A stretch of DNA of 64,000 nt from positions 579,208 to 643,207 of the forward strand of contig OZ220672.1 in assembly GCA_965116315.1 (NCBI GenBank), written 5' to 3'. The position numbers were made by a program, and so were the translations under genes. Below are positions 48,250-56,616 of the stretch, piece after piece. The notes under the pieces were generated by a model, which was given only the letters and a program-made list of their open reading frames with translations, was not told the origin of the DNA and did no database searches. The stretch comes from Dehalococcoidia bacterium (lineage in GTDB: Bacteria > Chloroflexota > Dehalococcoidia > Lucifugimonadales > CAJWER01). Position 1 is the stretch's first letter. Each line of letters starts with the position of its first letter.

Positions 48250-49287
48250 GTGACGACGGCAGGTAGTCAAGGCAGACGCAGGCGAAGAACCAGGCCGTAC
48301 CCCCAGAGGACGTTGGACCACTGCATGGAGGTGGTCGAGGCCCTGTACAGGCATGGGGCAGAGGGCTCGATGAACAGGGTCGTGCTTGCCGGAAAGCTAG
48401 GTACGACGCCGGCTAGCAGCGCTTTTGTGATACGTCTCAGCTCGTGCGAGAGGTATGGGCTCACCGGCACCGACGAGGGGAACGTCGAGCTGACGTCCCG
48501 CGGTGAGGCTGCTGCTGCTCCCAGCAGTCCGGAAGAGCGCCAGGCAGCCCTTCTCGAAGCAGCCCTGGAGCCCGAGCTCTTCCGGCGCTTCTACGCCGCG
48601 TATGACGGCCAGAAGCTCCCGGATGACGATATGGCCAGGAATATGCTAAGGCGCGACCTGGGAGTGGAAGAGGAGCTGACGGCGGAGTGCCTGGAGATCC
48701 TGAAGCAGAACGGGCACTATGCCGGGCTGCTTGGTGACGTAGCCGGAAGCCTGTACGTCAGCGCGAACGGCGCCCATGCAGACCAGCCGGCCGAAATGTC
48801 TCCGGCTGAACCCGTTCCCGCGTCGAGTGTCGAGGCAGGCCGCCAGGGGCAGGCTCCCATGGAGAGAGACATCCTGATCGGCCACGCGGGAGCCTCTGAC
48901 GTCGCCCGGACTATCGAGTCGACCCTGGCGCTGTTCGGGGTCTCGTTCCGGACGCTCGACCTGGATGGGGGCGCAACCTATGACGGAAACGCCGCCGAGA
49001 TTACCGCGACCTGCGGTGCTGCCGTCGTGGTCCACGCCGGGCCAACCTCGCCGCCACTCGACGACTCAATGGAGCGGAGGGCCAGGGAGGACGCGGTCAA
49101 CCTCATCGGCGGAGCGACGGCACTCTTCGGGAGCCGTGTGCTGCTGCTGAGGGAGAGGGGCCTCGAAAGGCTCCGGCAGGAGTCGTCTGTCGATACGATG
49201 CAGTTCCGCCGCGATGCGTCCGATGAGCTTGGCCTGGAGCTGCTCCGGCGTTTGCACGAGATGGACATAATCCAGGTCCTCTCGTGA
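48250..49287 (+). CDS. Hypothetical protein: N-terminal winged-helix-like domain + C-terminal TIR-like/SLOG-like nucleotide-binding domain
   Basis: 345 aa. The C-terminal ILIGHAG...ALFGVSFRTLD...AAVVVHAGP...REDAVNLIGGATALFGSRVLLL parallels by eye the strand/helix pattern of bacterial TIR-like (PF10137-type) domains. The N-terminus (VLAGKLGTTPASSAFVIRLSSCERYGL) looks like a wHTH. Confidence 0.45.
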   Translation: MTTAGSQGRRRRRTRPYPQRTLDHCMEVVEALYRHGAEGSMNRVVLAGKLGTTPASSAFVIRLSSCERYGLTGTDEGNVELTSRGEAAAAPSSPEERQAALLEAALEPELFRRFYAAYDGQKLPDDDMARNMLRRDLGVEEELTAECLEILKQNGHYAGLLGDVAGSLYVSANGAHADQPAEMSPAEPVPASSVEAGRQGQAPMERDILIGHAGASDVARTIESTLALFGVSFRTLDLDGGATYDGNAAEITATCGAAVVVHAGPTSPPLDDSMERRAREDAVNLIGGATALFGSRVLLLRERGLERLRQESSVDTMQFRRDASDELGLELLRRLHEMDIIQVLS

Positions 49288-49496
49288 CGTGGGGCCGGGA
49301 GCGCCTCTGCGCCCGTAGCTGTTCTTGACATAACGTATATAGTGCGAATATGGGATTTACCGCCGTTTAACCCTGCCCTTGGGCAGCATCGCACGTTGGA
49401 CGGCTCGATCGAGCCCTGGGCGTATCGGCGTAGAGCGCTTTTTCGGTGCGGGACGTGTAAAACCCCCGCCCTTCGCTCGAAAACGGCGCTGTGCCA

Positions 49497-50678
49497 TCAG
49501 GCGAATATGGTCTGCGGCACGGGCCGGAGGTCCGTCTCGGCCATGGCGGCTGCGACCTGGGAGTCGATCTCCTCGAGCAGACCGTCCATACCGTCCCCGG
49601 TAAGCGCGGAGACCGGCACCGCGCCGGCGTAGCTCTCGAACAGGTCCCGTGCACTCCCCTGCCCCGACTCCCCCGTGTCGGCGTCGAGGCGGTCGGTCTT
49701 GTTAAGGACCAGCACCCTCGGCTTGTGCAACAAACCGAGATCTCCCAAGATTCCTTCTACTACCTGCGCGTGGGCGGCCGCGTTGCGATGGCTGATGTCA
49801 ACGACGTGGAGCAGCACGGCGGACTCCTCGGCCTCCTCGAGGGTTGCGCGGAACGCGGAGACGACCGCCGGGGGCAGCTTCTGGATGAAGCCGACAGTGT
49901 CCGTCATCAGGACGTCCCGGCCCGAGGGAAGGCGCACGCTGCGGGTGACTGGGTCCAGCGTCGAGAACAGCCTGTCCTCGGCGGACACGTTCGCGTTAGT
50001 CAGGCTGTTGAGCAGCGTGCTCTTGCCCGCGTTGGTATACCCAACCAGGCCGACCACCGGAATCTCGCTGCTTCTGCGCCTGGCCCTGTACTGGGACCTG
50101 TGCCTCCGGACGGCGTCCAGCTCCTTCTTGATCCTGCCAATGCTCTTGCGGACTATCCGCCGGTCGGTCTCGATCTGGGCCTCGCCGGGTCCCCTGAAGC
50201 CGATGCCGCCCCGCTGCCGTTCCAGGTGCGTCCACTGGCCGGCAAGCCGGGGGAGCAGGTACTCGTACTGGGCCAGCTCCACCTGCAGGCGCCCCTCTCG
50301 CGTCTGGGCGCGCTTGGCGAACACGTCGAGGATGAGGGCCGTGCGGTCGATGACGCGCACCTTGCCGCCGAGGGCCTGTTCGAAGGTACGCTGCTGCGAC
50401 GGCGCGAGCTCGTCGTCGCAGATGACGGTGTCGAAGGCGTCATCCGCGGCCCTCTGGCGCAGCTCCTCCAGCTTGCCCTTTCCCAGGTAGGTCTGCGATG
50501 GACGGCTCGGCCGCTGCGTGACCGAATCGACGACCTGGGCACCGGCGCTGCGGGCCAGGTCGCCCAGCTCCGCGACGGAGTCCTTCAGGTTCCACAGCCC
50601 CCGCTTGCCGCGAACCTCGACGCCCACCAGGCAGACACGTTCGCGGCGGGCCGCCGTGTGCTTTAGCTTTCGTGCCAT
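49497..50678 (-). CDS. hflX: GTPase HflX
   Basis: GKGKLEEL, EGRLQVELAQYEYLLPRL, and G1 box GYTNAGKSTLLN, DTVGF. Confidence 0.9.
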   Translation of the reverse strand: MARKLKHTAARRERVCLVGVEVRGKRGLWNLKDSVAELGDLARSAGAQVVDSVTQRPSRPSQTYLGKGKLEELRQRAADDAFDTVICDDELAPSQQRTFEQALGGKVRVIDRTALILDVFAKRAQTREGRLQVELAQYEYLLPRLAGQWTHLERQRGGIGFRGPGEAQIETDRRIVRKSIGRIKKELDAVRRHRSQYRARRRSSEIPVVGLVGYTNAGKSTLLNSLTNANVSAEDRLFSTLDPVTRSVRLPSGRDVLMTDTVGFIQKLPPAVVSAFRATLEEAEESAVLLHVVDISHRNAAAHAQVVEGILGDLGLLHKPRVLVLNKTDRLDADTGESGQGSARDLFESYAGAVPVSALTGDGMDGLLEEIDSQVAAAMAETDLRPVPQTIFA

Positions 50679-50827
50679 GTGACCCTCCCTAGCGCCATTC
50701 TAGCATTCCATCGGAGGCGTCGTAGATTAGAGCCGGGAATAAGGCTCAATGCCGGTCCGGCTACCGAGGCTCAGGAACGGTAGGGGCATTTGGCCGGTCT
50801 ATGCGAAGCTGCAGGGACGGGCCTCGC

Positions 50828-51988
50828 CTACATCTGCCAGGTCGAGAGGCGGTCGACTGCCTCGTCTAGCTGGTCGTCGGCTACCGTGAGGGACAGGCGT
50901 ACATATCCTTCGCCGTGTTCTCCGTAGCCGGTGCCCGGCGTGATGAATATGTCACGCTCCTCCAGCACCCTCTCGGAGAACTCGGCGGACGTGTAGCCCT
51001 CGGGGACGCCGGCCCACACGTACAGGCTGGCCCTGGGCGTCTCCACGCCCAGTCCCATCGACCGCAGCGCGTCGACCACCAGGTCGCGGCGGCGCTGGTA
51101 GGCAGCGTTCCGCTCGTCGACGGAGTCGAGTGGCGCTTCCAGGGCGGCGATGCCCATGTGCTGGACTGCCTGCGGGACGCCCGAGTCCAGGTTCGACTTC
51201 ACCGTGAGCAGGTCGTCGACGAGCTTCGCGTTCCCGACGGCCATGCCCAGCCGCCAGCCGGTCATGTTGTAGGTCTTGGACAGGGAGTGGAACTCAACGC
51301 CGACGTCCATCGCGCCGTCCACTTCGAGGAAGCTCGGCGGCAGGTACCCGTCGTACGCGACCTCGGTGTAGCAGGCGTCGTGCATCACGGCCACGTCGTA
51401 CTTCCTGGCGAATGCAACTGCCTTCTCGAAGTAGGCCAGGTCGGCAGTGGCCGCCGTGGGGTTGTTCGGGTAGTTGATCCACAGCACAGTGGCCCTTTCA
51501 GCCGTCTCCTCGGGTATGGAGTCCAGGTCGGCGAGCCAGCCGTTCTCCTCGCGCAGGGGCATTATGTGCGACTCGCCGCCCGCGAAGAGCGTCCCGACCG
51601 AGTAGACCGGGTATCCGGGGTCCGGCACCAGGGCGACGTCGCCCGGCTCTACGAATGCCAGGGAGGCGTGGCCGATGCCCTCCTTGGCCCCAATCAGCGA
51701 TATGACCTCGCTCTCCGGGTCGAGCTTCACGCCGAACCGACGGTCGTACCATGAGGCTACGGACTCCCGGAATTCCGGGAGCCCCTCGGACTCGGGGTAC
51801 CGGTGGTTCGGAGGATTGAAGGAGGCCTCCTTGAGACCGTCAAGGACGTGCTGGGGAGTGGGGATGTCGGGGTCACCGATGCCGAAGCTGATGACGTTGA
51901 TGCCCTGGGCCTTCTTCTCGGCGATCTTGCGGCTGATCTGTACGAACAGGTATGGGGGAACTGCGTTCACCCTGGCGGCTGTTTTCAC
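50828..51988 (-). CDS. dapL: LL-diaminopimelate aminotransferase (class I/II aminotransferase)
   Basis: VPPYLFVQISRKIAEKKAQGINVISFGIGDPDIPTP and SLSKTYNMTGWRLG (PLP Lys). Lies near dapF. GTG start. Confidence 0.75.
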   Translation of the reverse strand: MKTAARVNAVPPYLFVQISRKIAEKKAQGINVISFGIGDPDIPTPQHVLDGLKEASFNPPNHRYPESEGLPEFRESVASWYDRRFGVKLDPESEVISLIGAKEGIGHASLAFVEPGDVALVPDPGYPVYSVGTLFAGGESHIMPLREENGWLADLDSIPEETAERATVLWINYPNNPTAATADLAYFEKAVAFARKYDVAVMHDACYTEVAYDGYLPPSFLEVDGAMDVGVEFHSLSKTYNMTGWRLGMAVGNAKLVDDLLTVKSNLDSGVPQAVQHMGIAALEAPLDSVDERNAAYQRRRDLVVDALRSMGLGVETPRASLYVWAGVPEGYTSAEFSERVLEERDIFITPGTGYGEHGEGYVRLSLTVADDQLDEAVDRLSTWQM

Positions 51989-52095
51989 GTTCGAACTCCA
52001 GTTTTTGCGTTGTGGTTAGATGACTTTCGTATCTATGGACAGTTTCGCCAAGTCAAGGTCGTCTTGTTGTCACCGTGGGAGTGTTCGCTGATCGT

Positions 52096-52647
52096 CTAAC
52101 CGAACACCCTGCCAAGTTCGAGGGTGAGGCCCTCCAGCGTGGGCGATGTCAGAGCGTCTTCTCGCCCGTACTCTCCTACTACATCGAATCTGCCATCCCT
52201 CAATAGCATGACCGCTACCGTCTGCGCCACGGGGTCCGCTATCCAGTACTCCTTCACGCCATGCTCGGCGTACAGGTCCCGCTTGGTCGTCCTGTCCATG
52301 CTGGCCGTGGAAGGAGATAGTATCTCGACCACCAGGTCGGGAGCGCCCTGGATGTTTGCGGAGGTGACGACGTGCTCTCTGCCATTGGCGACGAATACCA
52401 GGTCCGGCTGGACCACGTCCGTATCGGTCAGGATGACGTCGGTGGGGGCATGGAAGACTCGTCCCAATGCCCTCTCCCTCACGAATCCACCTACTTCCAG
52501 CGAAAGGCTCATGCTCGCGGCCTGATGGGCTATGCTAGGCGACCCGACCACGACCAGACCTCCGTCAATTAGCTCGTAACGCTCGTCGCCGGGCGCGTTC
52601 AGATAGTCGGCGTATGTGAGCTTGGTTGCAGGCTTGGTGACCACCAT
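52096..52647 (-). CDS. Uma2 family (DUF820) restriction-endonuclease-fold protein
   Basis: YELIDGGLVVVGSPSIAHQ...PTDVILTDTDVVQPDLVFV...APDLVVEILSPST...KRDLYAEHGVKEYWIADP. Confidence 0.85.
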   Translation of the reverse strand: MVVTKPATKLTYADYLNAPGDERYELIDGGLVVVGSPSIAHQAASMSLSLEVGGFVRERALGRVFHAPTDVILTDTDVVQPDLVFVANGREHVVTSANIQGAPDLVVEILSPSTASMDRTTKRDLYAEHGVKEYWIADPVAQTVAVMLLRDGRFDVVGEYGREDALTSPTLEGLTLELGRVFG

Positions 52648-52669
52648 GGTCCGTCCTCCTGTCGCCCCG

Positions 52670-53509
52670 CTACGATGGCCAGTCGCCCTCGAAGACCTTG
52701 GCGATGGGGCCCTCCATCATCACGCCGCCCTCGCCCGGCCAGTCGATATGGAGGTCGCCTCCCGGCAAGGACACCGTGACGTCGCCCCTGGTCTTGCGCT
52801 GGAGCCTGCCTACGGCGACGACCGCGCAGGCGCCCGTGCCGCACGCCTCGGTCAGCCCGGAGCCGCGCTCCCACACCCTGGCCCTCACATGGCCCTGGTC
52901 CAGTATGTTGACTATCTCGAAGTTGACCCGCTCGGGGAACATCGGGTGATGCTCCACCTTCGGGCCTATCTCGTGCAGCGGGTAGTCCGCAACCGGGGTC
53001 TTGATGAAGGCGACCGCGTGGGGGTTGCCCATGGAAACGCAGCTAATGGGTATCGTTTCGCCGTCTATCTCCAGGGGGTAGTCCATGAGCATCGCGTAGC
53101 CAGGCACGTCGACGGGCACGTCTTCGATTGCCACGCTGGGTTCGCCCATATCCACCCTGGCGTGGGTCATGAGGCCGTTGTCCCAGACGGGCGTCACGAC
53201 CTTCACTCCCGACGCCGTCTCTACGGCGATGGGGGACCTGTCGCCCGGCACTATCCCCTGCTCCACGGCAAAGCTGACCAGGCAGCGGACGCCGTTGCCG
53301 CACATCTGGCCCTCGGAGCCGTCGGCGTTGAACATCGTCATTCTGACGTCGGCGTGGTCGGACTCACTCGCCAGGATCAGCCCATCGGAGCCTATGCCGG
53401 TGTGCCTGTCGCTAACCACGGCGGCCAGCGCCGGCCAGTCCTCGTCCTTGCCGCGGGCGTCGACGTATACGTAATCGTTGCCCGCGCCGTGCATCTTCGT
53501 GAATCTCAT
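52670..53509 (-). CDS. dapF: Diaminopimelate epimerase
   Basis: MRFTKMHGAGNDYVYVD, FNADGSEGQMCGNG and ACGTGACA (the two catalytic Cys). Confidence 0.95.
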   Translation of the reverse strand: MRFTKMHGAGNDYVYVDARGKDEDWPALAAVVSDRHTGIGSDGLILASESDHADVRMTMFNADGSEGQMCGNGVRCLVSFAVEQGIVPGDRSPIAVETASGVKVVTPVWDNGLMTHARVDMGEPSVAIEDVPVDVPGYAMLMDYPLEIDGETIPISCVSMGNPHAVAFIKTPVADYPLHEIGPKVEHHPMFPERVNFEIVNILDQGHVRARVWERGSGLTEACGTGACAVVAVGRLQRKTRGDVTVSLPGGDLHIDWPGEGGVMMEGPIAKVFEGDWPS

Positions 53510-53621
53510 GGTCGTGTGATTGTAGCACAGCAGCTACGGATTCAGCCCGTTGAAGGCGCCCATTGTTGCGGGCGGACACTTGGGTCCGCCCCTACCGAGC
53601 AGAGACATGGGGAAGGCTTCC

Positions 53622-54359
53622 CTACCCTTCACCGACGAGGACGCCGTAGGTGTCGAACAGGAAGCCCGACGCCTGTGACCGCGAGATGAGAGCGCCGTTG
53701 ACGCGGGCGACGTCGAGGCGAAGGTTGGACAGACGGGCTCCTCGAAGGTCCGCTCCGTTGAAGTTCGTTTCGGGGCTGACTATTGCGTTCTCGATGCGGC
53801 AGTCCTCGAACACCGACTCGGTGAAGTCGCAACCCGAGAGGTCGGCATCCGAGAAGTCGACTCCGCTGAGGCGCTGCTTGCGGAAACTCTTGTGCGCAAT
53901 GGAGGCCATGGCGAAGCTGGCCCCGTCCACAGTCGCGCCTTCGATATTGGTCGTACCGAAACTCACAGTGCGGAACCGGGACCTGCCCAGGTCGGCGCCG
54001 AAGAGGCTCGCGCCCTCGAAGCCGCAGAGAGAGAAGTCGCACCCGGTGAGGCGGGAGAGGTTCATCCTGGCGTTCCGGAACATCGCCGACGCGCAGTTCG
54101 ATTCGGTGATACGGGACTCCTCGATGTGGGCCCGGTAGAACTCGGCCCGCTGAAGATCGCAGCGCGAAATACGAAGCCCTCCACACGTAAGGTGCGAGAA
54201 GTCGGCGTCCTGGAGCGAGCAGGCTGTCAGATCGAGCGCGTCGACTGTTAGTCCTGCGAACGGGCCACCGTCGAAGGTGCAGTCGACGAAGGAGTCGTCT
54301 TCCCGGAGCAGGTGGTGAAGCTCGGCGGCGTTGGCGACGATGAGTCCTCGATGAGGCAC
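53622..54359 (-). CDS. Cytoplasmic pentapeptide-repeat protein
   Basis: 245 aa of degenerate pentapeptide repeats (ADFSHLTCGGLRISRCDLQRAEF...ADLSGCDFTESVFEDCRIENA), no signal peptide. The GTG start overlaps the grpB stop. Confidence 0.85.
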   Translation of the reverse strand: MPHRGLIVANAAELHHLLREDDSFVDCTFDGGPFAGLTVDALDLTACSLQDADFSHLTCGGLRISRCDLQRAEFYRAHIEESRITESNCASAMFRNARMNLSRLTGCDFSLCGFEGASLFGADLGRSRFRTVSFGTTNIEGATVDGASFAMASIAHKSFRKQRLSGVDFSDADLSGCDFTESVFEDCRIENAIVSPETNFNGADLRGARLSNLRLDVARVNGALISRSQASGFLFDTYGVLVGEG

Positions 54360-54919
54360 TACTGCAGCTCCCCGGCGGCCTTTGCCAGGACCGCGCTGAT
54401 GAACGATGCCTTGCCCTTGCTGTATGACACCCTGTCGTCCGGGTGCCTGTCCGCAAGGGTGAACTTAAGCTGCATGTACTCGGCCGCAAGCTCCGGGTGT
54501 GCTATCAGGTAGTCACGAAAAGCGAGGTGGTTACGCGCTATAGGACTGTCGAGCGGGTACATGTGGAGGATGTGTGTCCTAACCTCCTCCCCGCCTGAGC
54601 CGCGCTCTCGCGGTGGAAGGCTCTTGACGAAGAAGCGGTCACCGGGGATGTCGTCATTCAGACCCCTGTGGGAGTAGCCGATGCTCTCCATCGGTCCAAT
54701 GCACCGCTCACCGTCCTGGAACTCGCGGAGCATCACGGCGATGTCGAGTATCGGCTTGGCGGCCATGCCCGGGATGGAAGTGCTGCCCACATGATGGACA
54801 CCCGCCGCTATGTGGCCGACGACGGAAGAGATGCGGGATCGCTCCTCCTCGAACAGCGTGGGCCACCGCGGGTCGTAGTCTACGACGACAGCCTTGTCCC
54901 TGGTGAGTCCGAGAGGCAT
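54359..54919 (-). CDS. GrpB/UPF0157 family protein
   Basis: VVVDYDPRWPTLFEEERSRI...HHVGSTSIPGMAAKPILDI...HILHMY...LAFRDYLIAHPELAAEY. Start at ATG 54919, just after the miaA stop. Confidence 0.8.
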   Translation of the reverse strand: MPLGLTRDKAVVVDYDPRWPTLFEEERSRISSVVGHIAAGVHHVGSTSIPGMAAKPILDIAVMLREFQDGERCIGPMESIGYSHRGLNDDIPGDRFFVKSLPPRERGSGGEEVRTHILHMYPLDSPIARNHLAFRDYLIAHPELAAEYMQLKFTLADRHPDDRVSYSKGKASFISAVLAKAAGELQ

Positions 54920-54921
54920 AG

Positions 54922-55842
54922 CTAGGGACTCAGCCTTTGGTCCACGTGGTCGAGAATGGCCTGTCCGGGCCCCGACGCGTCGAACCATGCGATGCGCTCG
55001 TCGTCGGCGCGGAACCAGGCGTGCTGCTGGCGTGCGAACCTGTGGGTCCTCGTCTTGATCACTCGCACAGCTTCGTCCAGCTCCATCTGGCCCTGCAGGC
55101 AGCTTCCCAGCTCCATGTAGCCGAGGCTGGACATGGACGGCAGGTCCAGGGAGAAGCCGCGGTCCACCAGCGTCCTGACCTCGCCCAGCCACCCGGCGTC
55201 CATCATCGAGTCTACACGGGCGTCTATGCGGCCGTAGAGCTCCGCGCGTGGGAGACTCAGGCCTATGATCACGGGGTCGAACGGCGGCGGCGCTTTCCGC
55301 ATTGGGGAGACGGCTCCAGGAGAGGTCAGGCGAAGCTCCAGCGCCCTGATTACGCGCCGGACGTTGCGCGGATCGATGCGCTCGGCGGCCTCCGGGTCCG
55401 ACGCGGCAAGCTCGCGGTGCAGGGCCTCGCCGCCCTCGGACGCGGCTCTCGCCTCCAGCTCCGCCCTTAGCTCAGGAGACGGTGGCGCCTCGGGAATCTG
55501 CCAGCCCTCCAGCAACCCCCACACGTACTGCCCGGAGCCTCCGGCCACCACCGGGAGCTTGCCGCGCCCCAGTATGTCCGCGATGGCCCTCCTGGCCTGC
55601 CGGAGGTATAGCGCGATGCTGTAGGGCTCGTCCGGCTCGACGATGTCGACCATGTGATGCGGCACGGCTGCGCGCTGTTCGCGAGACGGCTTGGCCGTGC
55701 CGATGTCCATGCCCCTGTAGACCTGGCGGCTGTCGGCGCCGACGATCTCGCCGTCGTGGCGGAGAGCTATCTGGACGGCAATCTCGGACTTGCCGGTCGC
55801 CGTTGGGCCGACGACGGCTACGATTGCGTCTCTGCCGGCCAT
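54922..55842 (-). CDS. miaA: tRNA dimethylallyltransferase
   Basis: VVGPTATGKSEIAVQIA...GADSRQVYRGMDIGTAKP...VPHHMVDI. Confidence 0.95.
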   Translation of the reverse strand: MAGRDAIVAVVGPTATGKSEIAVQIALRHDGEIVGADSRQVYRGMDIGTAKPSREQRAAVPHHMVDIVEPDEPYSIALYLRQARRAIADILGRGKLPVVAGGSGQYVWGLLEGWQIPEAPPSPELRAELEARAASEGGEALHRELAASDPEAAERIDPRNVRRVIRALELRLTSPGAVSPMRKAPPPFDPVIIGLSLPRAELYGRIDARVDSMMDAGWLGEVRTLVDRGFSLDLPSMSSLGYMELGSCLQGQMELDEAVRVIKTRTHRFARQQHAWFRADDERIAWFDASGPGQAILDHVDQRLSP

Positions 55843-56604
55843 TCAGGCGCCGGCGGCCGCGGCGTTGCGGACCAGGCGCACGAAGACGTCCGGCTTCAGG
55901 CTTGCGCCGCCTACGAGTGCGCCGTCGACTTCGGGCTCGTTGACCATCTCGGCTACGTTCTCGTCGGTGACGCTGCCGCCATACAGGAGCGGCACGCCCG
56001 CGCCGGCTGCCCCAAACTGCCGCGACAGGAGGGACCTGACGTGGGCCATCATGGCCTGGGCGTCTGCGGCGGTCGCGGCCCTGCCCGTACCTATGGCCCA
56101 GACCGGCTCGTAGGCCACCAGCAGCCCGTCGGCCGACGAGACTCCATCAAGAGCCGCGGAGAGCTGATTTCCGACCACGACCTCGGCGTCGCCCGCTTCG
56201 CGCGCCTCCAGCCGCTCTCCGACGCATACGATGGGCTTCAGACCCGCCTCCAGCGCCGCGCCGACCTTTCGCCTGACGGCCTCATCGGTCTCGCCGAAGT
56301 GCTCGCGCCTCTCCGAATGGCCGAGGATGACGTACTCGCACAGTTCCGCCACCATCTGGGCCGATACCTCGCCGGTGAAGGCGCCGCTCGCCTCGTGGTG
56401 CATGTCCTGCGCCCCGACTCCTATGCCTGAGCCTTCGAGGAGGCGGCCGACGGCCTGGATCGATGTGAAGGGCGGGCATACGGCAACCTGGACGCCGGAG
56501 ATTCCGGCCAGGCCGTTCCTGATTGCCGATGCGAGGCTGTGAGCCTCGTCGGCAGTGGCGTTCATCTTCCAGTTGCCGACGATAGTCGTGACGGCTCGGC
56601 CCAT
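55843..56604 (-). CDS. tpiA: Triosephosphate isomerase
   Basis: IVGNWKMN, ILGHSERR, AYEPVWAIGTG and YGGSV. Confidence 0.95.
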   Translation of the reverse strand: MGRAVTTIVGNWKMNATADEAHSLASAIRNGLAGISGVQVAVCPPFTSIQAVGRLLEGSGIGVGAQDMHHEASGAFTGEVSAQMVAELCEYVILGHSERREHFGETDEAVRRKVGAALEAGLKPIVCVGERLEAREAGDAEVVVGNQLSAALDGVSSADGLLVAYEPVWAIGTGRAATAADAQAMMAHVRSLLSRQFGAAGAGVPLLYGGSVTDENVAEMVNEPEVDGALVGGASLKPDVFVRLVRNAAAAGA

Positions 56605-56616
56605 TCTCCCCTGCCC

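Noticed and set aside
49325-49450. AT-rich promoter-like sequence (CTTGACATAACGTATATAGTGCGAATATGG) followed by a T-tract (GAGCGCTTTTT) in a convergent intergenic region; possible sRNA
   Set aside because: The spacing of the -35 and -10 candidates is ambiguous, the putative terminator stem is only a 6-bp self-complementary AGCGCT, and I see no conserved structure. It is more simply the AT-rich 3' flank of the wHTH/TIR-like gene. It would need RNA-seq.
49491-50666. 391-aa plus-strand ORF opposite hflX. Similar long antisense ORFs occur at 52616-53689(+), 23216-24358(-), 61424-62518(-), 14109-15158(+), 11488-12462(+) and 40165-41031(-).
   Set aside because: In each case the opposite strand encodes a protein with unmistakable family signatures (HflX G1 box, DapF, HisD/HisC, YceI/PurD, ABC components, amidohydrolase, SdhA). 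The antisense translations are low-complexity, Arg/Pro/Gly-rich shadow ORFs.
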